A stretch of DNA of 63,453 nucleotides, filler included, from Welwitschia mirabilis (Eukaryota): assembly GCA_051453625.1 (NCBI GenBank). It is 4 parts of one record of this genome, joined end to end, with 100 filler letters (N's around TTAATTAATTAA, not from the genome) between each part and the next. Parts side by side here need not be neighbours in the genome. Positions count along the whole stretch, not along the records: positions 29,828 to 54,804 come from JBOZIK010000001.1; 3 more parts are not named here. One strand, given 5' to 3'. A program made the position numbers and the translations under genes. Under the pieces are notes generated by a model that saw only the letters and a program-made list of their open reading frames with translations, was not told the DNA's origin and ran no database searches. Of this stretch, positions 39,533 to 51,952 are shown piece by piece; within the stretch, counting starts at the first letter, position 1; every line of letters starts with the position of its first letter.

Positions 39533-41299
39533 CTTCCTTTCTTGATATGGGATTTTCTTTGAACACCTAGCATTCATAGAAGTAATGTGAGATAGATATG
39601 TAGCTTGATCATTAGCTTTACTCAACTACTAAGCATATGTAGCTAAAAATTTTATAATGAATTATACTTATCAATTAATTTGAGTAAAGCATTTTTTTAT
39701 AAGAGTTATCCCTTAATCAAATAATTTATAATTATTTACACTATGTTTTAGAGTCTCTTTTAGATCATCTTTAAATGATTTCCTTTCTTTTTGTACTCAA
39801 TTCTTATGACATCCACTTCCTCTTACTCCCTTATTATTACCCTTGGTTTTACAAAACTAAAATGCTATATTTCTAATTTGGCCTCTTCTCAAATAGATAT
39901 GTGCATTAGAAGCATAAAACCTTAGTCATTCCAAATTACCATTAGGTCTAAGTATGAGATTTACTATTCTCTCTTTACTAACAATAAATTGGTTACTGAA
40001 GTTTTGGACATCTTGAAAACTTTTACTATAGAAAATAGTAAGGAATGATTTGAGTACGATTCATCCCTATGAGATTTAGTCCTATGATTAATCACTTGAT
40101 GGCTGAATACTTAGGGATTAAGATAAAAGAACTATGCCAACAACTTAATAAAAGAGAATTAACTTATGATGTTTCCTTGGGAAAATTGGCTATAAAAGTG
40201 TAGTTATTAAATAACAAAGTTGATCAGCTATAGGGTATCGATACTATGCTTAGTTTAGTTGTCTTAATTTTTGATAAGGATAACATAAGGAAGATAATAT
40301 AGACTACAAAAATATATAAGAGTTTCTGGCATGCATATCCTCAAGAAATACACATGCTCATAGAATTGCTAAGTGAGATGTAATATCCCCTTTAAAATTT
40401 TTGTAAATCTTCTAAATCTAGGAATTTGATAAATAAAAACATTTTTTTTGGCTACTTTAAGAACTAGACATATGATATTTATGTGATTACTTTATTCTTT
40501 TTCCTTTAGATTTGAAGCTACTTTTAAGCAAATGTTTGCTATGTTTTAGAGAGTTTCCCTTTATGATGATGTAATAATTTATCTTATATAATAGAGTTCT
40601 TGCTTCTTATTATTAATAAAGTTTCTCTAAAATTACTTTTTATTTATAAGTAATTATAATAGTTTTTGTAAAGAAAATTCTCCTTGATAACTTATCAAAT
40701 TATCAAAAAAAATTAAATGATTTTAAAATAAAGAAGCTTTTATCCTTATCTAAAAAACATTTAGTAATTATCACATCATCAAAATAGAGGTTCCTTCATG
40801 CACATTTCATCACATATTAGAATAACATTTTCAATTATAATAATGAGTTATAATAGATAATTTTAGTTTTGATAACTAGCATTGCCATCAAAACTCTACT
40901 ATTTAATTACAATGAGGAGAGTGAAACCACTATTAAAGGAGTAAAGACCTCTAATATCTTCCATATCTATATCATGACTAATTGACATTTCAATGGAGTT
41001 CTTATAATTATAATATTGTACTACATAAGGCCTCCCTCAAGAATATTTTCCTTGATGCACTTGCAGTAGTTATTATCACAATGGTACTTTTTTCTTTTGT
41101 CATAAAATTTAAAAATTATAACATGCAATGAAATGCATGTATTTAATCCTCTTAGTTCTGATGATTCTCTATCTCCTATTGAAGACTTATCAAGCTAGAT
41201 TCTTGGTTTAAAATCACTCAAATTTACTTTAAAAATTTAATAAATACATAGTTTGAATTATTTTTAAATAAATAACTATGATCTTATTATCTAATCAAA

Positions 41300-44200
41300 T
41301 TTTATTTACAAGTTGAGTGGAAGTATTTTCTTTACCTATATGGGTTTCTTAGATAGTGGAGTAAAGATTTATTTTTATAATTTATTCTAATTCTTTACTC
41401 ATTAATTGTGTAAGTTTCTTTCTCACCAAGATCATGTATTTAGATGGCTCCATTTCTTAAAATATTTGTTATGATATAAGGCCTTAGCTAATTTTGTTCA
41501 TACTTTTATTTTAAATGGATATTTTTATGGATGTAAAATAATACTAAATTTTCTACCTAAATATTAAATTTTTTATTTTATCATCATGATATACTTTAAT
41601 CTTTATTGTACTAGTGTTTACACAAGAGAGCTTATTTTCTAATTTCATCTAAGATATTCATATTTTCTATCCATTTATTATGAGATTTGTCTAGGTTGCA
41701 TTTAAGTTCTCTAACTAATTTAAAGGTTTTTATTCTAAATTCAATTAGCAAAATAACCCTTTTTTAATAAACCATTTCACATGATGTACATATTTGTAAC
41801 ACCCTAACTTTAATTACCCTAATTAACCATAATATATATATTTTTTAGTATTAATAACTATCACGCACAACGGAACCTAGGATCAAATCCTAATTAGACT
41901 CTATTAATACATTATAAGATTTAAAATAATTAGAAAACACANNNNNNNNNNNNNNNNNNNNNNNNNNNNNNNNNNNNNNNNNNNNNNNNNNNNNNNNNNN
42001 NNNNNNNNNNNNNNNNNNNNNNNNNNNNNNNNNNNNNNNNNAAATTGATATCAAAATGTTTTACATAGTTTAGAAACCCTATTAATTAAAGCTTACAAAA
42101 TGTGGGTTATAACAATATTATTCTATGTTTCCAAGTTATTCTGTAAGCCTATCAAACTTCATTTAAATTTTTAGCCTAATCTATTTTATTTATGTTTATG
42201 ATTTTGATTAGATTCTATTAATTTTTCTATTAGTTACTTTAGCTTATTTCTTCAATTAAATATGATAAGCAATAGAAAGTTTGTAATGGATATCATCCTT
42301 AAGTTGAAGTTTTCTAAAAGCTTCACTAGTAAAATAAGTTCTTCTATAAAAAATAAGACTACTAAGATTGTCAAACCTATAGATGATGTTCTTAAAGAAA
42401 AATCTAACTAATTTTGAGAAGAATAATGAGATACATCTTTATCTTTAATTTACTTAGTCAAGTAATCAACATAAATCAAAATATATTATTTTTACATAAT
42501 AAGAGAAATTAATAGGTCTAATAAAATATATGCTCCAAATACCAAAAGTCTCAATGTATTAAATTCATTATTGTGGAATTTTCAATTTCTAAGTAAATGC
42601 TTCTTCCCTTTGGCATTTGTTACAACCTTGAACATATGCATTTGAATCCTTAAATATTGTTGCTAGTAATATCTTATATAAAATACCTTTATTTTTATTT
42701 ATATTTTCCTGTAATATTATCCTCCTCCTTATTTATGAAATTCCTTCAAAATTTCTTTTTGTAAGTTCACTTCCATACATCTTCTAATGACATGATCTTC
42801 ACATATTTTAAATAGCATCTTATTATACCACATATAATTTCCTATTTCTCTTAATAACATCTTTCTTTTACAATAATTTATGAATGATGGAAATTTCTTA
42901 TTTATCATAAAATTGATTATGTTAGCATATGAGGAATTTATTCTAACTTGAAATAAGTTTTCATCAAGGAATTTACTTATTATATTTAGTGGTTCTTTAT
43001 CTGTAAAATCTAGTCTTAAAAGGTAATCTGCTACTAAATTCTCTATTTCTTTCTTGTTAATAATTTTTAAGTTAAATTCTTGAATTAATAATATTCATCT
43101 CATAGTTCTTAAATTTACCTATTTTTATTCATCAAAAATGTAATTGCACTATAGTATATATGAACGTTTACTTCGTATCTTAGGATACAATGTCTGAATT
43201 TTTCTAGGGCCATTACTATTACTAATTATTCCTTTTTAGCAACTACATAATTTTGTTAAACTACTTTAAAATTCTTATTAATATAGGAAATAATATATGG
43301 TTTGTTTTAATCATTTTTTTGTTCTAACATAGATTGCATATAATGACTAGATGTGTCAATCATAATGTAAAATGGTTTTACATAATTAAATCCTTGTAAA
43401 ATAGATGCTAATAAAAGTTTATCTTTTAAATTATGAAAATTACTTTGACATTTATTAGTCTAATAATATTTCACATCTTTTTATAAAATGGTACTAAGGG
43501 GTATACTAATTTTGCTAAAATTGGCTATAAATATTTTTTAATATCCTACATCCTCTAAGAATAATCTTAACTTAGTGAATTCGGTTGAAGGTAGTATAAA
43601 TTGTTATAATCTTGATTTTTTGTCCATTAGTTACAATCAATTTGTGAGATATTTTATGTCCTAAAACTATACCTTTATCACCATAAGATGAATTCTTTAC
43701 TAAATTAATCTTATTATTTTCTCCTCACGTATTTCTAAGACCCTTTCTAATCTAACAAGTGATTCATCAAAGTAATTTTCAAAAGTTGAGAAATCATCCA
43801 TAAACACTTCAATAGCTCTCCCTATCATATCTTGATAAATACTATTTACTAATCTTTTAAAGGTAGTAGAAGCATTACATAATCTAAATGTTAATACATT
43901 ATAAGTACCCCAATGACAAGTAAAAGTTATTTTGGCTTGATTCACTAAAGCTATTAGGATGTGATTATGTCCACTATATCCATCAAGAAAGCTATAATAT
44001 TGATGTCCTAACATTCTTTTTAAAAATTGATCTATAAATGAAAGAGAAAAATGATCTTTATAAGTTGGTAAATTTAACATTTAAAAGTCTATACGTATGC
44101 TCCATTTATTTCCCTTTTTTTGTTGTACTATGACTAGACTAATCCTTTCTAAATATGATATGGTATAGCTTAATCCAATCTCAAAGAGCTTCTAAATTTC

Positions 44201-44900
44201 TTATTTAGGTATTTCTTGCATATGCAGATTGATTTATTTCCTTAATATTAATATGATTCCAAGCAAAATATTCTTTTTTTTAATCAACATTCTTTTTAAC
44301 TTTCTTTTTTGGAAATGGATCAAAGAGTTATGAATAATTAAAGGTTTATTTAGAGATACCATAACATATTCCAATCCTTCTTTGAATGGGGGTTTTTCTA
44401 TTTCTCAAGATATCATATCTTATTCTTTGTAATTTTATTTATTTTACTAATTTAACACTATATTAACTTCTTGATTTAGAATAGCATTAGTTCATGATTC
44501 CATATAATATCCTATTTCCTCTAAAATTTTTGTATCAAATAACTTGATTTTCTTTTTAAATTATTTTAGAGTCATCTCCATTATCCCTTTTTTAAGTTAA
44601 ATGATAATATTTATAGTATCTCTTCAAGGTATTGCTAGAATTATTACATTAGTATCTCCTTGGATTTTCATTTATAAAGAGTGTATCAAATAAATTAACC
44701 CTTTTAATAGGCAAATATTTTAGAATTTCTTTTGGTGTTATTATAGAATTATCTGCTAAATACATTTTCCCTTAGTAAGTTATTAACTTTGATTTCTTCC
44801 ATTCCTTACAAGTTTCATAAGCCACTACATTAATAAGCCACTATGTTAATACTTTATTTAAGATCTACAAGTACTTTTACCTTAAGTTTTTAATATACTC
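41300..44900 (-). pseudogene. pol: Degenerate gypsy pol of element Y
   Basis: RT ORF 43700..44080 with FMDD; KKEIENLVADYL about 43020-43055 (RNase H end); integrase fragments further left. Confidence 0.85.
41795..42114. mobile_element. LTR-type insertion (Tekay/Del-like ends; solo LTR or collapsed element) in the integrase of Y
   Basis: TGTAACACCC...GGGTTATAACA with perfect 5 bp TSD ATATT (41790-41794 / 42115-42119); internal 100-N gap hides the true length. Confidence 0.8.
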
Positions 44901-46034
44901 TTATATCTATCATGGGAGTTCTTGGATTACTATACTTTTTGTATTACTTATTTTAAATAACTTGAGTAAATGCCTAAGAAATTTGGTGTTTTTTTAATCA
45001 TCTTAATCTACCTCTGTTTCTTACTAATCTTTTTAAGCACATGTTTTTCATTTTCTTTTAATACATAGATCTATTTTTTAATAAATTTAGAAGGACTAAT
45101 GCTATGATGGTATCTTTTAAGAATCTTACAAAATATTCTATGTCTTTTTCTAGCTTAGAATGATCTATTTGTTTACTTCTTTTTGAAAAAGATAAAGGTT
45201 CATCTAGTATTTCTGTTATCTTCCCTTTTTTAGTATTGGTTTTCTTTTCCACTAGGAAATTACTCAAGCTTCTCTTTTTCTTTTATTTCTCAATTGTTAT
45301 CATTAGTTTTCCAGATCTCGTGGTTATAGCCTTACTTATTACTTCTCTTAGGTTTGGTTGAGGTTAAGAAAAAAATCTTTCCTTATTTATTTTTTAGTTC
45401 ATGTTTTTCTCTCACCTCCCTCTAATCTTTGTTTTTCCAGTTTTTATAATAATCATATTGTTCTTGATTTTTTGAATTAATATATTTCTATAGATATTTT
45501 TCTATTTCACTATCCTATTTTCTACTTTAGTAAGGACATAATTTCTTCCTTACTTGAGGCTAATTTTCTATGTTTAAATATAATCCATTAATATCTAACA
45601 AGTGGTCAAATTCTTACATCCATGGACATTTTGTTCCTCTATAATTATTTTTCCCACAATTTTTACACATAGGTTCTTCTTTGTTTTTGAAATGATAAAT
45701 AATGGATTGGTTAAATTTTTCTACCATGCTATTAGTTACCTTTTTAGATAATTCTTCTATAAGACTAATATGCTTCAAACTATATACACTACCCTATGCT
45801 TGTGGTAATCTCATTTNNNNNNNNNNNNNNNNNNNNNNNNNNNNNNNNNNNTTAACTCATATTATAAATATGAGTAATAGTTGCTCCTATGTTTACAAAA
45901 TTCTTAGTTTAAATACTTCTTCTATATAATAAATCTAGTTCCTTGAAAGTTTGACTATGTAATCCTTTAAGTAATTTTCTTATTTTCTCTCTAGTTGAAA
46001 TTTCATGATTAGAATATTTAGATAATAGTATAGT

Positions 46035-48764
46035 CATGAATGTAGGAGTGTTGAGAAGAGGGAGGTTCTAAGATATTAACCAATAAACTAATGAGCTCAA
46101 TTTTATTTTTCTTTTAATCATATATATTTAAACTAGAGCATAATCCAATAATAGATTATTAGATCTATAAATAATGGATCTAATTCCTTAAATAAATAGA
46201 AAGTAGTTATAATAATCTAAATGAAACATAGCACATGGGGCATCCCCATTATGTTATTTATTTTAAAAGATAATAATATACTCTTTAAATCTCTCCTCCT
46301 TCATGTCTAGTCTAGAGGTTGTAAAATTCTTGGCGTGAAAGTTAAACACACTAAGCAAGTACTGAGGTAGAGTAATAAGTTAAAGATTATATTAAAGTAT
46401 TAAAACTCATGAAATTTATAATAGTATCAAAATAGTATAATCAAGATGTTGACAACCACTAAAATGATGATAACAGTGTATTGAAAAATACTAACATTGA
46501 TGACAACATACAGAAATTCTAACAATGATATATAAAACACATGAACTTTGATTTATAATCCTCCTACTTCAACTTATTTTTGATCAAATGAGTTTTCATC
46601 CTTTGAATTATCATTTGCTTCTATAATCATAACTATTAATTTTAACTTTCCATTAAGAAGATCATGTGCTAAATCAAAGAAATTTATTGTTGTATGTTTC
46701 CTTTTCTTGCAATACCAAAAAGTTATTTATTTACTTTGTCATTTTCTAAAACTTTATTGATTTGAGACCAAAGCACCATTTTGTCCATCTTCATCCATTT
46801 TTCTTGATTTAATAAGAAGAGTTAAAATTATACTTTCTAAAAAAAAATGAAATCTTCTGTAGAGTAAAAATAGTATACTTATATGACTGTGGAAGGTTGC
46901 TTAGCAATATGAATTTTGCATCATAATATTCAATATTTGAATTTATTATTATGAGTTGTGTCAAGAGGGATTTCAAATAATTGATTTGTTGATTCATGTC
47001 TCTAAATTATACTAACTTTAAGTTGTTAGTTTGATGTTTTAAATCCTACTTTGCTTTATTTTTACTTGATTCAAATAGCTTGTTTAATTTATTTAACATC
47101 TCTTTTGATGTTTTAATTAAATCAATGTAACTGAGATAATTATCTCTAGGACTTAGACCAATTCATGATAAACCTTCTTGATCTATATCTTTCCAATTAT
47201 AAATATTCTTAGAGTTTAAAAGCTTAAGATATTTATTACTAATAACCTTCCATAGACCTTCAACAATTTTATTTTAACCTACTAAGCATGGAAGTCTTTT
47301 CCATTAAATTTTGGTATATCTTTTCCCATTTCAATTTACCCTACTCAGCAAAGCGAGATAGGAGTTGATAAATTTAACCTTCCTTTTCTTTAAAATTTTG
47401 AAGCCCTAAGTTATATGCAGTGGATGATGTATGTCCTTGTTCTCCTCCCTCACCTCTTTAATAATGTAAATTTTATTTTTTTCTTTATCTTTCTTATACT
47501 AAGACATAAAAATTGCCCAATTTCTTATATAATCGGTTGTATGAAATGCTTTCTCCAATAAATTGAAGTTTTATTTTGGCTTCTTTCATAACAATTTTTA
47601 TGAATTCTTGCATGTCTTTCACATTGGAGACATATGCAATGAGAAAGATATGCTTCAAAAAATCTTTGATATTTAATTGTATCACAAAAGTTTCGATTCA
47701 AAGTAAGTACAACAATAACTGTATGTCCTTTTTTTTTTAACTTTTTTTCTTACAACTTTTATGAGTAGAAGATTTGTTTTTAAGAGAGGAAGAGTGATGA
47801 GGTACTACATGTATTACCACACGTGCCAAGTCAAGGAAAGTAATCTATTGTATTGAGAAGGTATCAGAGAGCTCAAGGAGTACTATGTGGTAAGTATTCT
47901 AGTTTTGGATGAAGTGCCTTACATAATGAGAGAGGCACTATAGAATGATTAAGACTTTAAGTGTCATGAGCTAGCTGCATGTTGCTTGTAGGTATTTTAT
48001 TCTTTTATTAAGACACTAAATCACCTCCTACTAGAAGGCCTTTTTTAGGATGAGAAGGGTGAATAGTGATTTTGTTTTGATGCAATCCTAATCTATTGTT
48101 ACACATACAATGACTTCACTTAATGGATATTTGTTGATCAAGAATGCTATGTCTTTTATGTGATCACTAATTTTTTGTAAGCACCACTTTGTAGATTTTC
48201 TTAAAAGTTAGAATGCATTCACTCATAGGTCATTTTAGCACTTTCAATATCTAAAAGTCTTTAAGCCTTTAAATTTAAAATAGAAGTAGTGATATTAACT
48301 CAACTTAATGCATTACTTATGTAATGATGTAGTGAGGCTTCAATAACTTCTTTTTCTCACCCTATTGCACAATGCACTTTTAGAAATAAAATGCAAGTGA
48401 GCTACTACACATTACTTTTGTGAAATGGATGATGATTTTATCCTTCTTTAGTGTCATTCAAAAGCTTTGCAATCACCAAAAATACTCCTAGATTTTTCTA
48501 TGATACTAATTGTGAATGCACGAGTGTTGGGAAGAGGGATCTTCTGAGAGATCAACTAATAAACTATTGAGCTCAATTTTATTTTTCTTTTAGTCATACA
48601 TATTTATACTATAGTGTAATCTAATAATATAGGATTAGATCCATAAAGATGGATCTAATTCCTTAAATAAATAGAAAGAAGTTAAAACAAACGAAATGAA
48701 ACATAACATGTGGGCATTCCTATTGTGCTATTTATTTTAAAAGATAATAATATACTCTTCAATA
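46035..48764 (-). mobile_element. Short non-autonomous copia-type element with gag only (TR-GAG-like), inserted in gag of Y
   Basis: About 255 bp LTRs (48511-48764; about 46035-46290), degenerate iMet PBS TAGTATCATAG directly after the 5' LTR, PPT GAAGGAGGAGAG (46291-46302 rc), gag MGKDIPKFNGKDFHA about 47330 and knuckle WYCKKRKHTTIN about 46700; no pol. Confidence 0.82.
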
Positions 48765-49525
48765 TTGCATCAATCCATGTATTCATCAAACCTTTCATTA
48801 TCTTTTTGTATAATATTAAGAATTTATTCTTTTAAGTTTTCTAATATCCTCATAGGTTAAAATTTATTTAATGAAGCGTTCTTAATTATTTTACATGAAT
48901 TAAATGCATGATTAGGATTTCTAAGATATCATAACTAAGCATTTCCTTTTAAAGAAAAGGAAATACCTCAAAACATTAGATTCTAAGTTAAGATAATTTG
49001 CTTTACAAAAATCATAAATAGACTCAAATGTAGTAAGGGTTATTCTATTTGATTATCCTTAAAGGTGAATATAAATATCATATTTATATTTTTCACTTGA
49101 TCAAGGTGTTCTAATGCATTAGGATTAAAAAGGCTTAAATCCTCTAACCAATGGATGTTATAGGTCTTGATTCTCCATCATCTTCTAAGTAACATCCTGT
49201 TATAGATTCTCTTTTATGATGATTAGTTTTGATTACTTAAGAAACCTTTTCATACATGATAGGTTACCTTATAAGAGTTAATAATCATTACTCCATTTCA
49301 TTTATTAATTGACAAAAATATTTATTATTTAACAATTTTTCTAATAGTAGTTTTATTTATGATAAAGTTTTATTTTACTATTCTTATTTTAATATTCCTT
49401 TTGTTCATCCAACTCACATGTTTCAGGATTTCTAACAAACCTACCTCTCTTATCCCACCATTTTCCTTGGTAATCTTATTAGACTATAGAGTTCTTCATC
49501 TCTACAAGTTGGCTTTGGGATATTT

Positions 49526-49540
49526 CTCCTTCTAGTGCCA
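49526..49540 (-). promoter_or_regulatory. Primer-binding site, tRNA-Asn type
   Basis: rc TGGCACTAGAAGGAG versus TGGCGCTAGAAGGAG, the complement of the plant tRNA-Asn 3' end as I recall it. Confidence 0.7.
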
Positions 49541-49903
49541 AAATGATAAAAGCTTATTTTTGAAATTAACACTTAAAATATTATAAAGTAATGCTGAAAA
49601 ATTGCAAAACACTAGGATGCTATTTAATCTAATATAAGCTTAAATCATTAAATTTAAAATAAAGGATTACTAAATAACTAGTAAAGACTACCATATCTTC
49701 AACAATATTAGTTTAAAATGCATTACTAAGGTTAATTCTTGATGAATCTTTCTTGAATTTTTTACATTAAATATTGATATAAGATTGCTAGATACATATT
49801 ATACATTATTAGAAATGATTAAAATGAAAGAATAATAAGAAATTCATCATATATTGAAATAATACCTATCTCTAAGTATTGTTAAATATCCTAGTCTATG
49901 TTC

Positions 49904-51326
49904 TGTTAAGATTTTATATTACCAGTTCATGTCAAACTAATATGATCTTTATAAAATGAAATATAATTTTACATATTCAAGAAGCTAAAGGATTTATAAT
50001 CAAACGATAGTTAAGATTTGGACATGTTTTAATTAAAGTAACTTGATTTTTTATCCAAGGACGTAAAGTAGCAGTTGACCAAACATGGAAATACACATTC
50101 TAGGCTACTTTATATGGGGTTAAACAAATATTTATGGGAGTGACCAAATCTATAGATACACTTTTGAAGCTTCTTAATATGCATTATTTCATATGGAATT
50201 ACCTAGACTCATGCAGGGTTGACTAGATCTAAAGAAAGACAGTCGATTAGATTTCATATGAGGGTAACCAAATCAAGTAACATGAGTTACTCAAGTTACT
50301 CAGATGAAAAGGAAACAACAAAATTAGATGACATGAGTTACTTAGGTTGATTAAATGTTTTGAGGGATTAACTGTTCAGAATGGAATGGAAATTTTCTAA
50401 TAGTTTTCTAACCATTATTTCACCTAATCTATCTATTGCAAATGTNNNNNNNNNNNNNNNNNNNNNNNNNNNNNNNNNNNNNNNNNNNNNNNNNNNNNNN
50501 NNNNNNNNNNNNNNNNNNNNNNNNNNNNNNNNNNNNNNNNNNNNNNNNNNNNNNNNNNNNNNNNNNNNNNNNNNNNNNNNNNNNNNNNNNNNNNNNNNNN
50601 NNNNNNNNNNNNNNNNNNNNNNNNNNNNNNNNNNNNNNNNNNNNNNNNNNNNNNNNNNNNNNNNNNNNNNNNNNNNNNNNNNNNNNNNNNNNNNNNNNNN
50701 NNNNNNNNNNNNNNNNNNNNNNNNNNNNNNNNNNNNNNNNNNNNNNNNNNNNNNNNNNNNNNNNNNNNNNNNNNNNNNNNNNNNNNNNNNNNNNNNNNNN
50801 NNNNNNNNNNNNNNNNNNNNNNNNNNNNNNNNNNNNNNNNNNNNNNNNNNNNNNNNNNNNNNNNNNNNNNNNNNNNNNNNNNNNNNNNNNNNNNNNNNNN
50901 NNNNNNNNNNNNNNNNNNNNNNNNNNNNNNNNNNNNNNNNNNNNNNNNNNNNNNNNNNNNNNNNNNNNNNNNNNNNNNNNNNNNNNNNNNNNNNNNNNNN
51001 NNNGTTCAGAATGGAATGGAAATTTTCAAATAGTTTTCTAACCATTATTTCACCTAATCTATCTATTGCAAATGTCAAATTTCCTTTAAACTATCTAATG
51101 GCTATATCTTGGGGAAATCTATTTAAAGAGGTAACACTAAAAAACTTTGATAAGCAAATCAAATGAATTTTAAAAAAGAAGGTTTTACTCTTGATCTAAA
51201 GAGTTTATCTTTGTAACATCATTCTTTTCTCACTTAGAACTTACCTTGTACTAAATTTGAGCAATAAGGCTTCATTATTAGTTCTTGTATTTAAATGAAT
51301 TAAAATAGGAGAAAATTAAAATAACA
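49904..51326 (+). mobile_element. Sirevirus-like LTR fragment or solo LTR inserted into the LTR of Y
   Basis: Start TGTTAAGATTTTATATTACCAGTTCATGTCAAACTAA resembles 22393; contains GTTGAC(C/T)A repeats; homology to about 34380-34445 resumes at 51327; TSD not clean. Confidence 0.6.
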
Positions 51327-51952
51327 TTGTTTTGTCAAGTAATAAAACACAATACTTTTTAGTATGTACATAAAGCAATACATTCATTCATAAATGTTGC
51401 AACATGACCTTGGATTGGACATAACAAGCACAATTTTTTTTCCCTAGTTAAGTTGCATTCATAACATTACATGATTAACCATCATAGTAGAACAATTTAG
51501 ATTACAACTGAGAAGTTTATCTCTTAGCCATCTATAGGTTATACATTAGGAGAACTATATGACAAGAGCTCATCTTATGAATACCATATTTAACTTAATC
51601 TTATTTAAAAATCTTGATCAGGAACACATAAAAGAAGTGTGTAAGTTATTGTTAAGTGTTTGGTTGCACTAATAGCTAAGAAATAATGCTTACATATCCT
51701 CATCTAGAGGACTTGAAACCATATGTAGTTCTATCTTAGACCCCATTCTCATCTTCACTAATACACATAAGTGTATGATATATCAAGGTGATCTGTATCA
51801 ATGGGTATGTAAGTAAAAACATGTATAAACCAATGTAGGAAATAATGCAAGAAAGCAATATGAAATTTAATAAGAGTATGGTGTTAAATATAATCAAAAC
51901 AACAATAAAAGATATTTCACACAAGTATATATACATATGCATAAAAGCTATA

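Larger units (their letters stand above)
34010..51400 (-). mobile_element. Ty3/gypsy element Y (Athila-like RT, tRNA-Asn PBS, 3' accessory ORFs), very degenerate, outer boundaries uncertain
   Basis: PBS TGGCACTAGAAGGAG (49526-49540 rc) next to the LTR end at 49544; gag about 49200-48765 and 46034-45000; protease about 44600-44900; RT ORF 43700..44080 (KDHFSLSFIDQ...FLDGYSG...VFMDDFS); RNase H; integrase to about 41300; direct repeat about 34010-34445 versus 49544-49898 + 51327-51395. Confidence 0.65.

Noticed and set aside
47860..47875. GGTATCAGAG as a second iMet PBS on the plus strand
   Set aside because: No adjacent LTR end ending in CA and no downstream gag in that orientation
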